From Eledone cirrhosa (lineage: Eukaryota): a stretch of DNA of 64,000 nt. Below the pieces are notes generated by a model. That model saw only the letters and a program-made list of their open reading frames with translations, was not told where the DNA came from and searched no databases. The first letter of the stretch is position 1. Each line of letters begins with the position of its first letter. The position numbers and the translations under genes are program-made. The stretch spans positions 124,682,001 to 124,746,000 of the forward strand of contig OZ024745.1 in assembly GCA_964016885.1 (NCBI GenBank). The letters are read 5' to 3'. Positions 1-15,828 of the stretch are shown here, piece after piece.

Positions 1-79
<79 letters not shown>

Positions 80-147
80 TATTTATTAAAATAGCAGATT
101 AAAGTTTAAACAAAGAATCGCTATATATATATATATATATATTATAT

Positions 148-198
<51 letters not shown>

Positions 199-257
199 AA
201 CCAGTAATATATATATATATGTATATACATACATACATATGTATATATAAATATATA

Positions 258-327
<70 letters not shown>

Positions 328-348
328 GTGTATACATATATACACATT

Positions 349-417
<69 letters not shown>

Positions 418-468
418 TAAATGTAGGAACTCAAAATAGTTTCTTACAACAAAATAGCTCTAAGAAAG

Positions 469-529
<61 letters not shown>

Positions 530-786
530 CACAGACACCGACACAGACATACTGTATATACATTGGTTTATTGAGAAATAGTTACGCAGATATATAGATT
601 AATGGTTAGGAATGTTGAGGGGCAAACAGAGACAGTTGCAGAAATAACCATGGCGTATCACTGAAAAACGTTAACATGTTATGCATGAAAATCATATTTG
701 AAACTACTGTCATCTGTTAATAACGTTTATGTATTTTGCTGCCATACATATACATGTATATATGTATGTATATGTATATATATATA

Positions 787-856
<70 letters not shown>

Positions 857-859
<3 letters not shown>

Positions 860-1060
860 AAACAGAGATGAAATCGAAAATCAACTGGAGTCTTATTTTT
901 TTTTAAAATATATATAATGATTCGCAGTTCTTCTGCTTTTCAAAAGGTGAGTTGAGATGGAGCGTCTGTGGTTTTTCTCACATCTGAGTTCTCAGATAAA
1001 CAAATAAGACTCCAGTTGGATTTTCGATTTCATCTCTTTTTCTTTATACTTTCACTCGTG
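857..1060 (-). mobile_element. (TA)n-embedded short element with inverted terminal duplication and partial HHR; homolog of 53560-53725
   Basis: 857-900 is the reverse complement of about 1002-1046; 921-981 matches 53560-53620 in reverse. Confidence 0.7.
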
Positions 1061-1101
1061 TATATATATATATTTATGTAATAAACCACATAAGGCAATT
1101 A

Positions 1102-1162
1102 TTTCATTTACCAGTGGTTTCTTAAAAGCAAAAAAATTTTGCTTTCAATCATCAGAATGAAA
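1102..1162 (-). ncRNA. Type I hammerhead ribozyme
   Basis: Minus strand: tttcatt CTGATGA ttgaaagcaaaa-ttt-ttttgcttttaa GAAA ccactgg TA aatgaaa; full core and all three stems. Confidence 0.85.
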
Positions 1163-1173
1163 AGATCCTGGTG

Positions 1174-1229
<56 letters not shown>

Positions 1230-1234
<5 letters not shown>

Positions 1235-1460
1235 TGTATTTTGCAATACACTGTATGCTTAACTAAAAGCATTTCGAAGACCTTACGCTATTGTTTTAGA
1301 GTAGTGACAGTCTCACTTACTTTAAATTTTCAGCAAACAGGGGAGATAAAGCTGTTTGCTGAAAATTTAAAGTAAGTGAGACTGTCACTACGCTAAAACA
1401 TTAGCCTAAGGTCTTCTAAATGCTTTTAATTAAGCATTAAGTGTATTGAAAAATACACTA
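1230..1460. mobile_element. About 230-bp fold-back palindrome (MITE-like) between TA tracts
   Basis: Near-perfect arms, e.g. gtagtgacagtctcacttactttaaattttcagcaaacag / ctgtttgctgaaaatttaaagtaagtgagactgtcactac. Confidence 0.7.
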
Positions 1461-1500
1461 TATATACATTCATATATATTTCGCTATTTCAGCGCACCAA

Positions 1501-1541
<41 letters not shown>

Positions 1542-1731
1542 AAAATTAAGATTATATGTATATATATATATAAGTATAAAGAAGATTAATTAAATTATAA
1601 GGTATCTATTTTTGAAGTTCTAGTTAACTTTATTTAGTTACCTACCTAGCTATGTGTGCTTACACACTTGTAAAAATTATCCCCCGTGATTGTTTCATAT
1701 GTTTATTTATATGCTAATCAAATTCTAGTTG

Positions 1732-1797
<66 letters not shown>

Positions 1798-2284
1798 TCT
1801 ATCTGAATGTATTTGTTTGTCTACCTGTTTCTGTATATAGCTTTTCGAAGTACACATATTACATACGTTGATTTGTAGATGTAGAGATAGTTTGAAAGAT
1901 ATATCTATGTATGCACATACAATTATTTCTTAACTTCCTTTACCAAAATGAATGAATATATATGCATGTTTCAATTATTTTAAATTCCCGTACAGTATAG
2001 CTTATCTCAACATTCTCTATTTACCTTGTTCCATTGTCATTCTCTATCATTCGCTCTAACTTTGTCATAATATTTTTGTAACTCAAATAATTTTTTTTGT
2101 TTTAACATTTTATCTATATTACCATTCATATGTATATTTTTTCCACTTATTATGTTCTGTGTTTGATTACATTTGCTTATATATATTTTTAATGTTCCTA
2201 CATCGAAACTCTCAACAATATTCCTTTCACCATTTCAATCGAATTATTATTTCTTACTATCATACATACACTCTCTTATTTTAT

Positions 2285-3645
<1,361 letters not shown>

Positions 3646-5210
3646 TTTAATTCTACTTCTCTATTCTGCTTCTCTTTCAACACATACTATATTTTCCTTA
3701 TTTCTTTAGTCACTAACTTTCTCTTCCTATTAAGTTATATTATTATTGTACAGTATATATCAATCGTCACCTGCTACATCTGCTTTGATTTTGTATTTTC
3801 CTTTCTCCTCCAATATGTTTTACTATCACTAACTCTGTATTTCTTTTTCTAATATTATCCGTCTCTTTGTCTTGCACATAACATGCCTCATATAATCCGC
3901 GTTAAATTTATCTTTATCTCCAGTTAAGCCGCACTATTTCTTGTGGAACATTTTGATGTGTATTTTTACAATTCAGAAAACACAAGAAGATTTTTGCTTT
4001 ACAACTAGAAAATGCTGACATTTACAATGAAAGGATTTTTTTCCAGTCAAAATATTTGATACATTAAATATGTTGTTTTGGCTTCTTTTAAATGGCTCGT
4101 GGCATAAAGGTGTAATTATTCTTCAAGAATGCCTGTTTATTCGAAGCATGAAAAATTATTTTGTCAATCATTTATTCAATAGAAACTAAAAGTGAACATT
4201 GAAACTTTTTCCATTGTTCTTGTATATATTTATATATACATATATATATACACACACACACACACAAATATATATATATATATATATATATATTCAAATT
4301 TCATTCGTTGTTGTTAAATTTAGATGTTATTATTGTTGCTTTTGCATGCAGATTTCAAATTATCTAGCAAATACCGTATTATTTGATTATTATTTATTCA
4401 TAATGTTGTTGTTGATACTGATTAGTATTAGGTAAGAAAACCTAGGGTGGACATTTTCCAACCTTACATAAACTGTCTACTTTTTCAGGAATCGTTTAAC
4501 TAGTCTTATATTAATTAGTGTAGTTTCAAATATAATTTTTAATGAGATTGTAGCTGCTGTTTCTAATGTGTGGAGAGAACACATAGAAACATCTTTGTTA
4601 GCTCAATATATTTACGTATTTATTCGTTTATTACTGTACTTATTGAAATATTCTGTTGTAGATGTTTTTTTATAATGATCTTGCACTTTTGTTGGAACAT
4701 GTCTGTGGAACACAGTTTCGTGGAGCTATTAGGCTGGAATAAATATTTATTAAGACTTCAGAGGCAATAAATATTCATAGATAAATTGTATCTCGGATTA
4801 TTGTGACTAAATATCTTTTATTTTTAAGATGTACACATGAAGACATATTTAGAAGCGGAAAGTATCAGGATGAACAACTGCATAGATGATCCCGTATTGA
4901 TATAATATAGACTGGGTGCATAGATGAGTTACTCGTTGTTGAATAGTAGGCGCGCCTTATTGATATACGGCGTTCATTGAACATTTTAAACCTAGTCTGA
5001 CCACAGGCGATTTTTCATACAGCCATAGCAAGTGAGATTGGGATAGAAAAGAGGTAATAATAAGATATATACTGGACTAGTACTTTATTTATCAACCTCC
5101 AGAGAAAGAAGGCAAGGTTCACCTTAGCGAGATTTAAACTCTGCATGTGGAGAGCCGAAAAGAAGAACATAAAATATCACGCTTTCTGCTCAGCCAATTT
5201 GCGTTATAAT

Positions 5211-5400
5211 ATAATTGTTTCTACTTTTGGCACAATGCCAGCAATTACCCAGTACATTACTGATACTTTATTTTATCGACCCCGTAAGGATGAAAGGCAA
5301 AGTTAACCTCGACGGGATTTGAACTCAGACCGTAAAGGAACGTAACTATGCTAGAAAGCATGGCGTCCAACTCTCTACCGATACTGCCAATTCATTTGCG
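5211..5400 (-). mobile_element. tRNA-derived SINE, family A
   Basis: A/B-box-like head, central GCCTTTCATCCTTACGGGGTCGATAAAATAAAGTA, tail GCCAAAAGTAGAAACAATTAT; flanking direct repeat tttgcgttataatata. Confidence 0.85.
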
Positions 5401-8400
5401 TTATAATATATCATAAGGTTGTTGGTTTTGTGATTTTCCTATTACTATACTTTAAAATGTATAGTCTCTGTATGAAAAGCCCATTTAAATATCATGTGCC
5501 ATATTATCTGTTTGAATTAATCGATTTTCAGGCGAGATTTTCTACCTGGTACCAGAAAAAAATGCAAATTGGAATTCTAGCTGTTGTTTTCCGCCACACG
5601 TTTCCACTGCCATACTATTTGATAACGCTTCTTGTCACGTTGTATTTAGTCTTTACTATAGTGTAATAGTGTATTGGAGGATGGCAACCATGTTGGTATG
5701 CATCACATTCATCAAGATACTGTTAAGGATTATGTTTATTTTAAAGCTGTCATTATGATGATCATGACGAGGGGGACGATAGTGATATAGATGGGGTGCG
5801 ATGAGAAGGATTACGACAATAGGGAGATGTATGATACATATATTCATGATGTGCCGCTTATGATCATGACTGTGTAGATATTATTTTGATGAAAGCATAT
5901 TTTGGATATGCAGCTAATACGGTTATGTACTCTATTGATTTGAAATAACATATCTAAAACATAGTTTGCTTTCATTTAGACTGTGTCATATATTTCAGAA
6001 ACCCATTTTTTAAACCTACGATGTTCCCCTGGTCACTGAATATGTTGAGGACTTTATGGAAACCCTTTTTATATCAGCAGCCCCTGCGATTTACAATATT
6101 TCTGCTTATATCGTGCTGCAAATCTCTTGCGGCATTAGCAGATTTTTGTCGTAATCGCCTTATGGCATTTGCCTGACTCCCCTTATACAGGGAACTTCCA
6201 ATTTGGTGATGGTCAATTTATCTTATATTCAACATTTACTAAATACTTTCCTAATACTAATGGTGATTAAATAGGATCTATCCTTATAAATCTTGTTAGT
6301 TCACATATCTAATGCTAAACCTACAATTGAATACGCATGTAATGGACATATATAATACAATATGTCATGAATATATCAGAGAAATGTTACTGCATGTGAA
6401 ACATAATTTCTGTTGAACCCAGTCCAACAATTACAGGAATAATATTGTCATCTGAGTTGCATATCACACAAAACTATAATTGTCTGACATGGTAAGTTGC
6501 ATTATATCTCTATTATAGTATTTATTGACCTATTGACCTACAGTAATAATCGTTAAACATATTCTGAGTGACTGTCACCCATAGATATCTAGGATATTAA
6601 AAGGTGTTTCACATAATTATCAGCTTAAAATCTTCCGGTGGTTAGATCTAACAATGATAAATATGAAAATAAACAGATAATGTGAGCAATATGTATCAAC
6701 CTCTCCAGAAATTAGGACAGCAATATAGATAAAAATACTGTAATAATCATAAAAATCACAGAACAGAAGCCATCCAAACAATAAACACATCCTCACGTAC
6801 TAAAATGCTACAGCCATATTTTCATTGAAATAACAATGACATATTGTCTTATATCTCTATATCCTCTACTATACCATAGGTACATGGCTCTTCAGTACCA
6901 GCAAACTCTGTACAACTCCACCAAAAAACCACCACCGCTACTTGCTTCCGCTTTGCTAATTGAGCTCAGCATTGTCTCCAGCCGTACCACAATTCTATAA
7001 TTCAATTTATCATTCTACAGCTTATTGCCATAAACATCAGCCCTCAAAGCTTCAAACCAAACCTCAATTTAGTAAATTCCGTAAATACTGAGGTCATTGA
7101 ACCCTTCTTCAGAATAAATAATAATTCTTACATCCGAACAAGGTCACATATATTTATATAGAGTAGTGATATTGTTGATAGGATGACTTGAGGCCACTAA
7201 AAGTAAAAATGTTTCCTGCTAAATGGTAATTTCTTGTCAGCGTTTGGTACAAAAGGCTAGAAACAGATGGTGGCCTTCCTGTTTGTCTTTCAATTTAGAC
7301 GTGCATTATTTTAAAGAAAGCAAGAGAGAGGAAGGGGTTATAATGCTTCAGCATTCATTGTCATTGATGTTGCCACTTGTCAGGTCTTGTCTTAATTTGC
7401 CACTGTAATTTCCTTTTGCCTTATCCGTTACCTAATTGTACATGTCTTTCCTACGTAATTTTTTACCTTTTCTCTGGAATATTATCCATTATCAATTGAT
7501 AGAAGCGAAGAAAGAAATTCTTTCGAGAGACTTCTTCGAATTCAACATCAAACACATCGTTGCCACGTAGCTTCTTGGGGATGATTTTTGTTTCGGATCA
7601 TGTTCTCCGGGGATGCTTAATATTTGCTGTCACTTGAGTATATGTTGCACGATATACTTTCCGTTGAGAAGAACTGATCAGCACTTGTATATACTTCACC
7701 TCTAAGGCTCTTTGTACAATGAATATGGTACATTTTATATACACTTAGCGAACGTCTGATCATCAGTAAAACATGTATTGCCATTTTGAATTTAAGTTTG
7801 ATAATTTATCAGATGATGTTAATATTCGAAATTAAGAAAATAAAATATCATCTACGGTTAATTATATGTATGTGTTTTTACAATACAATCATACATTTCA
7901 TATTTCATATACTCACGAGCACGTTTCAAATGTAGAGTATTATTATCCCCAATTAAACGCATCGTAGATACTGAAGTTCTGACAGATGTCAGTATAAAAC
8001 TTTGCTGGAAATCTGTTATAATTTTTTTCTTGGTTAACTTTATAAACAAAATGCAAAATTAGATGGTGGTGTAGATTTGTTCCAGATTTAAAAATAGAGG
8101 TTTATGAAATAATTTTCATCGAAGAAGTAAAGAAATAAAAAAATATAATTCCTTGGGTTATTGTGGTGGAATTGAACACAGAAATATATTTGAAAATTAA
8201 ACTTTTTAACCACATACATATACCTGTCTTTAGAAGTATATAAGACGCCTAAAAATATTTTTCTTTAATTTGAAATAATCATATCACAATGAAATTTAAT
8301 TAATTGAAATTAAGCCAATTATTTGAACTGTTCCTTGAAATTCTTTAAACGACACACCTGAAATCTAAAAATGCAATCTTTGTTACAGATTGAAATGATA

Positions 8401-9556
8401 TTTGTTTCAGTTTGATGTGAGCGAAGGTTGTGAATTTACTTAGAATCATCTTGTTGACTACAATCATTTCTTCAAAAATTGTTTTTCGTATCAAAAACAT
8501 ATTTGATGAGAGAAAGGAGAAAGAAATATATTGGAAGAAAAAAAAACTATATATATATGTGTGTGTATTTGTGTGTGTGGTTGCGTATGTTTTTGCGTAT
8601 GTGTGTGTAAATTGATATGTGAAAGTGAGAGGGAGAGAAAAGGGGGAGTAAGAGTGTGAGACAAAAATAGACCATACAGTTCTAGAAATAAAGAAAAAAA
8701 ATGAAATGAAGATGATGAAAGAACAGACTCCTGCTAGGCTTTCGTTTGATGGATATTATTTTTCCATAATTTCTTCCTTTGCTGTCTAATTAGTCAAACT
8801 AAATCAAATAAACCCAATAAATTGCAATAAAACACGATAAATAAAAGTCAACAACACCACACGTTACTTTAAAAGTTTGAAAAGCTATATAACAACTTAG
8901 AAATGACAATTGCATTTTCTGAAATGAGTAGAAAAATCAGTTATACCTTTCATCAATTATGTATTTTTCTAATTAGTACCACAGATTTTTCAGCAACTAA
9001 TGACATTCATGTGTGACATTTTATTGATTGCAAAGTTATAATGTTTCCTATTGCTTTTTTTCGTTTCGTGTGTAATTGTTTTTTCGGGTCCTTTTATTTT
9101 GATTTCATATATATTTTTTATTCTTTTCTTAATAGTTTATAGTTTATTTGTGTGACATAATTGAAGATAATTTGTTTTAGTTAAATTCTTTAATAAAAAA
9201 AAAACGAAAAGAAAGAAAAAAAATTAGCAATTAAAATTTTTGTTTCTTTTTAATAAAACTTAATTTGTCATTATTATTTAGTAATGAAATAAGCTTGCAA
9301 ATTTTAGTATGATTCATAGTGAATTTTACGCTATTTTATTATAATGCAAATATCGCATTGCTTTGCTTGTACCACAACAATTCGAATACGTTTTCCTCTT
9401 TATTTATTTCATTCAGTGTATTATATTCATCCTATGTTATTAAATCATTCTTGGGAAATATTGTGTGATATGTAAACGCATTTACTAAATTAAATATATA
9501 TGTAACATAAAAGTAGAACATTTCGCCAAAGAAATTAGTTATTAGACGATAAATTC

Positions 9557-10382
9557 AAAAGCAGGGAATAAAAAATACAGACTTACATTATTTGTTATGA
9601 GGACCGGACACCATGCTGTGGCGCATAGAGTTAAGACCCTTGCCATTCTGAGTTCAAATCCTACCGAAGTTAACTTTGGCTTTCATCCTTACGAGGTCGA
9701 TAGAATAAAGCACCAGTAATGCAGTGGGTAATTGCTGGCCTTGTGCCAAAAGCAGAGACACTTATTTTAACCCTGAAAATATAATTAACAATGTCGAGGA
9801 TCAGTGTTCCAGTCGTTCGATAAACGGAACGGCCTGCTCTTAAAACTTACGGTCATGTGGTTGGGCGTTCAACGGCCTCCTTTACCCATAATAGCCGAAC
9901 ACTAATGATTGAAACAAGTAAAAGTGTAAAAGAATAAACATTTATACACACACACATATCCATTTTTCGCTCTACCCCTCCTACACTCTCTTTGTCTTTC
10001 TCTCTCTATCTCTCCCTCTGTCTCCCTCTCTCGATATATATATATATAAACGGAAAAAATGAAACAAAATTTCATTTCTCACTCTTAGTACGGCTGTTAC
10101 TTAAATATAAGTATGTATACGTACATACATATATGTATACAGACGTACAGTAGTATGTATATATATATACATGCACACATATATATATATATATATGTAC
10201 GTATGGATTCACCGAACATTTATTATAATGCTCGGTGTGTTTGTAAAAAAACATCCCAAATTAAGCCGTACAGTGTCTAGCAACCATCGTTGCTCATTTG
10301 TTCAACACTGACAAAGGAACGCTGTACTAGTTTCAAGCTTATTAGCTATCGTCAGCAACGTATACCTTCCTGCCAGATGATT
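9557..10382. repeat. About 0.82-kb segment duplicated at 44690-45504
   Basis: Near-identical run of SINE, second SINE-like piece, CT tract and HHR element at both loci. Confidence 0.9.
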
Positions 10383-10450
10383 GAACGTATGAAAGTATAT
10401 ACTTTCCTTATGCCTATTAACGGCTGAGCAGCCTAATTTGCATATCGAGT
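10048..10450 (-). mobile_element. Retrozyme-like element, copy 1
   Basis: Same sequence as 44207-44600, between TA tracts; contains an HHR. Confidence 0.75.
10319..10361 (-). ncRNA. Minimal type I hammerhead ribozyme
   Basis: acgttg CTGACGA tagc-taataa-gctt GAAA ctag TA cagcgt; palindromic stem III ACTAGT. Confidence 0.85.
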
Positions 10451-10762
10451 ATATATACATATATACATAATATAAATACTTTTCAATGCTATGATTTCAT
10501 TTTACTATAATATGTATTTGTTTGATATCATTTTGCAACTGTATTACCTTTATGAATAACTTTCAATATAATATTCTCACTATTATCACTTTATGTAATA
10601 ACCTCTTCACAAGAGCTCCTAATATGTTGCTATCCGTTTACTATAATATCATTTTGTCACTCTTGATTTTCAATATGATGTCACTGGCACTCTTCATAAT
10701 ATTGTATCTTAATGAACGTTCTAAAGACTAGGAATTTAATTACTTGTTTAAACATTGTGTAA

Positions 10763-10807
10763 GCTCCGATGGATCCGGACATTTATCTTCCAGAAACGAT
10801 CGTCAGC
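10763..10807 (+). ncRNA. Degenerate hammerhead motif (CCGAUG core)
   Basis: gct CCGATGG ... GAAA cgatcg TC agc; same flanks as 47935-48040. Confidence 0.45.
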
Positions 10808-11007
10808 AATTAAATGTATTAAGCATAAAGTTGATTGTTTTATATTTTGTATCTCTGCTCTGTAATATATCTGATAATTTACACTGAGCCATTTCTCTTA
10901 CTCGTTATCGAATAATACATAATACTACCCTTTCATATTTATAATTATATATAACAAATATATATGCATAAATAATATATATACATACATACATATATAT
11001 ATATATT

Positions 11008-11075
<68 letters not shown>

Positions 11076-11289
11076 CGTGTGTGTGCGTGTGTGTGTGTGT
11101 CTGTGTGTGTATGTGTGTGTGTATATGTATGTGTTTATTGTATAACAGTTTTGCTCCCCTCTTTTTGTGTAACACCATGTACAAAATCAAATGTATACAC
11201 TCCTTTTTACCGATTCGTATATGTCATTGTGTACTAAGAAGCCGAAGAATATTACAACTTCATCTCTATGCCCAGACATTAGAGGATTT

Positions 11290-11830
11290 TACCAAAAGTT
11301 CAAATGTGCCTGTAAATAAATGTCGCTGTGAATCCACCGTGGACACTTTCGGCCTCCACCTGCTTTCCAGTCGTCACATTGCCGGCCACCTATCACGCCA
11401 TGTTGCCCGCAACGAGTTCATAAAACATGGCTTGAAAGCTGCAGGCTTCCCCTCCCAGCTGGAGCCGGTGGGGATGGACCGAGCGGACGGTAAAACGCCA
11501 TACGGCATGACCATCTTCCTCGTTTGGGATGCCACGTGCATCGACACTTTCTCCAGCCGCTACCAGGTGCAGTGCAACTAACCCAGATTCTGCTGCACGT
11601 TGAGCTGAGTAGGCCAAACTCTCCAAATAGCAATCACTCTCCGAGACGTTTGCAGTGGTGCCCTTCGCAGTGGAGACTTCTGGTGTCCTTGGTCCTAGGG
11701 CTACCTCCCTACTCACCAACATAGACACTGAGCTGGCCAGCCGGAGGTGTTAGCCTCGTGAGTTGGAATGGCTCTTCCAGCGCATCTCACTTACCATCCT
11801 CCGGGGAAAAGCCTTTTCGATTCTGTCCGT
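11290..11830 (+). pseudogene. C-terminal fragment of a CRE-like non-LTR retrotransposon (Zn finger and restriction-like endonuclease)
   Basis: CRC..DTFGLHLLS..RH..LEPVG..DGKTPYGMT..LVWDATCIDTF, then PFAVETSGVLG in another frame; stops and frameshifts. Confidence 0.75.
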
Positions 11831-12589
11831 CGGGGCTTTGGGGAGACCAGCACGTGGGACCCCATTTGCTCACCATACGGAGAGATGGGGTGGGCGAGAG
11901 AGATGGAGGCGATGACAGTGGGAGTTCGGCACTTCCACGTTCGGACCATATCCTTGTAGTTGTGTTCATCAAGCCCTAGTGCAGTAATGGGATTGAGTTA
12001 ATCCTAGTTATAAAGTCATTATTAATAGTATACAGTTATATATAGACAGCCTTCATTTGTGCACCAGCGAGAGATACGGTTTAATGACAGTTCTTAGTAC
12101 TTTCATACCTTTTGCCTTTCTTTATCTTTATATTTACTTCTGTCGTATACATCTATATATATGTAAAGATACTCATGTATATTATTTACGTACTTCTCCG
12201 TAATTTCCGCGCTTGTTAGAGGTTTCATCAGAAGCAATGAACATTTCTTTCAATCCACTGAGAAATATGGGTGGACAGGCTTCATATACACATTAAATAT
12301 GGCAGTTACAGCAAACTGATTCTGCGAATTAGCATACTTCTGGTTCTATCCGTGGTAGAACTGAGCTATACAATATTTGCATTTGTATAGAAAGAGTACA
12401 ACATTTAACCAAAGCTGCGAGAAATGTGTAAGTAGTTACACATTTATGAATCTAAACTGTATGAATCAACTCTGTTCCTTTCAGAACGCATCTATATATT
12501 TTACAAACTACGGAGAAATACATGTTCAAAGTTTAATTCACCCATAATAATCCTATATTGCATTATGTTTTCACTCCAGTACACCGTTA

Positions 12590-12667
<78 letters not shown>

Positions 12668-12670
<3 letters not shown>

Positions 12671-12790
12671 CCGAGGGCTGTGCTCCTGATGTATCAACAG
12701 CTAGATCCGGATCTTACTGTTGAAGCGGCAGTAGCTCAACCATCGGGTCCAGGATTTTTCATATTACCCACTCTATTATCCCAAGTATGT
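12668..12790 (+). mobile_element. Diverged copy of the palindromic TA-embedded element
   Basis: cagctagatccggatcttactg centre plus tattacccactcta tail. Confidence 0.6.
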
Positions 12791-15051
12791 GTGTGTGTCA
12801 TAAAGGAAACGGTAAAAAAGAGTTAGACCATTACTCACGAGAGTAGTATATACTTGTGTGTGTGTGTCTATATATGTGTAAAACCTCGCATGCTTTGTAC
12901 TGTTTGTTTATATGTTTATATAATGAAAGGAGTATATTTTTGTGTTTACCAAATTTTGATAATATTGGTTTCATGTGTTTTCATTCTAGACAAATTGTTC
13001 ACATATGTCACTGAACTTCTATTTCCCAAAATGATAATATAGCTATAAAATATCTGAATGAAAATATAATTTCACGTTAAAGTAAAATAACTTAACACAT
13101 TTCGCCCTATACATTCAAAGCTTTGTCATCCATTACAACTTCTATTTCTCTATTTTTATGGCTTTGGCTATTTTCTTATCATTGCATATTTTGTTTAATA
13201 ATTCAACTGTATCAATACAGGATTATGCATGCATAGACATATTTATATGTATTGATGGTTATATTTGTACGTTAAATATAATAAATATATATTTTTGCCC
13301 ACATACATTCATTAATGCATAAACGTGGAGATATTATTTGTTGTGCCTCTGATTATTCTCATATTTGCTTGAGTTTTTACATGTACATGAGAGACTCAGT
13401 GATAGGAATAAATATAATTCATATCCTTATCACTTTTAAATATTACATATCTTTATTCGATCAGAAATATGTTTTAGTCCTATTCAAAATGCTAGAAGTT
13501 AGAGGCGTAGAATTCCGTAATTACTGCCAATATCTACTGAAGTATATTGCCTGTACAAAATATCGTTTTCAAGGTAGTTTTGTCTTTCTGTATAGGCGCC
13601 GAATTGGCATAGTTGAGTCATTAAGACGTTGGAGAGAATGTTTACGGTATTCGTCCCTCCTCATTGTACGCTCTCAGTTCAAAATCCGCTGTGGTCAACT
13701 TTACCATTCATTATATTGAGATCGATAAAAAAAAGTGCCAGTCCAGTACTGGGGTCGATTCTTCCTTTATAGAAAAAATCGGCTGTCTTCAGACCTGGAG
13801 AGGATTGGGCTCCACCAGGTTTAAAAGTGCCCTAAACACACCGTATGACAGTGCCTCTACGACTCCACAAGTAGTTATGGGATCTGTATACTTTATTCTT
13901 ATATGCAATTCACTAATGAATATATCACAATATAATAAGATTATGACATTTGCGTTTTACTTCTAATTGGTAGTTGCAAGCATCCGTAGGTTGTAAAGTG
14001 AGGTGTTATTCAAACGAATAATTTGTTCAGATCGGTATGATTTTTGTGTTGACTTTTAGCCTTGATATAGTCAATAGCTGATTTTGAACTGAGAGAAAAA
14101 CTAGAGAATAAGTAAGAAAATATTAGATGCCAAAAGAAATTAAAAAAAAGAAATATTTTGAACAAGAAGTTTTAGAATGTGACAAATAGAATTACAAGTG
14201 ATGCAATAAATGCTTTTATTAAAATTTTCTAATTAGTCAAAATTGTAATTGTACATCAATCACATTTCGTTAAAAAAAAATATTCTTGCTTTAAACATTT
14301 CACATTATTTATAATAGTTATATTGTTGAGTTGAACGTTAAAACACAATTTAGCAGAATTAGAAAGCTGAATGTTCAACTGAACTAGAAAACATAAGACG
14401 TCTAGTAGACTTTGATACATTATTTTATATTGTTACTGTGAATATGAGAAGACGAGAGAGATTATTACTGGGAATATAACGAGAAGAGATAGATCTGGGT
14501 GCTATTTTTATCACTCACTAACATTTGAGTAAACGGGAATATTTATTGTTAATGTTGTATTAGAGGTTCCTCTAAGATGGTCACGACTGAAATGTCGTTA
14601 ATCATTATGGACGTTATTGTTGTTTAGTTAACATTAACTCCTATTAAATTGTATTTAACCAGGCGCTGAAGTAGAATAACTCTGATTACACACATCAAAC
14701 TAGATGAGTAATATGAGACACGTTTTCAAACAAAAGATACCCATACCAAAATGTTTACCGGTGACGTTCGTAGCAGAAATAGTTTAGTCATAATGAAAGA
14801 AGACATATTTTGTAGTAATGAGAAAAAATTACGTTCCATTTCAATCGTTTAAATGATGATAATAAGAACAATGAAAAAGTATTCTAATCACAATCACACA
14901 TAATATATACAAAGTAGACAGATAAATATTCTACCTGCAAACAAGCTTATACGTTCCCAAAATATCAACGATGTTTCCTTATTTTAAATTAATAATACAA
15001 CTATATTCAAATATGTAAAATATGTTATTGTATATCATATATATATATTCC

Positions 15052-15160
15052 CCACCGAGGTTAACTTTGCCTTTCATCCTTACGGGGTCGATAAAATAAA
15101 GTACAAGTAATACACTGGGATAATTGCTGGCCTTGTACCAAAAGTAGAAACAATTATTAA
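15052..15160 (+). mobile_element. SINE family A, 5'-truncated
   Basis: Central domain and tail match the other copies. Confidence 0.8.
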
Positions 15161-15676
15161 TAATTTTTACAGTATTAAATATGTTTGTCTAGATTTGCAA
15201 TTAGCTGACACTGCATGGTAGAATAGATTTGTTTCTACGGAGAATAGAACATGAACGGTAAATGTGATCCCATTTTCATTTGTATAAAAAATCTAGTTCT
15301 TAATAAAGAATGGAAATATTTTAAAATAGTTTTCAGAAAATTGAAATATGTCTGAAGAAAAAAATTAGAAATATACCGTTAGGAAATCTCGTTAACTTTA
15401 TTTTTATGTAGTTACACGAGAGATTTTCTCATTAATATAATTAACATTTAGAATCCCAGTCTCATTACTCAGGATTATTTCCGAATTAACAGCAGCAAAG
15501 CTATTTAGTGGCAGATCAGAGAAACTAAATTAATATCAAATAATTTATTTGAATCTTAATTAGCTTTTCTATTATATACACAAATCTAGACACGCAAATA
15601 TATACATTCTTTAAAATTTATAAGTATAAACACATATATACGTCATACATACGAGTACGTATGTATTTATGTTTGA

Positions 15677-15828
<152 letters not shown>

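Noticed and set aside
12195-12240. CTGATGA...GAAA on the minus strand
   Set aside because: No convincing stem II, stem III or cleavage triplet
12686-12725. CTGATG upstream of the palindromic element centre as the missing HHR core
   Set aside because: Aligns as a decayed palindrome arm (ggccgtttcg); likely coincidence
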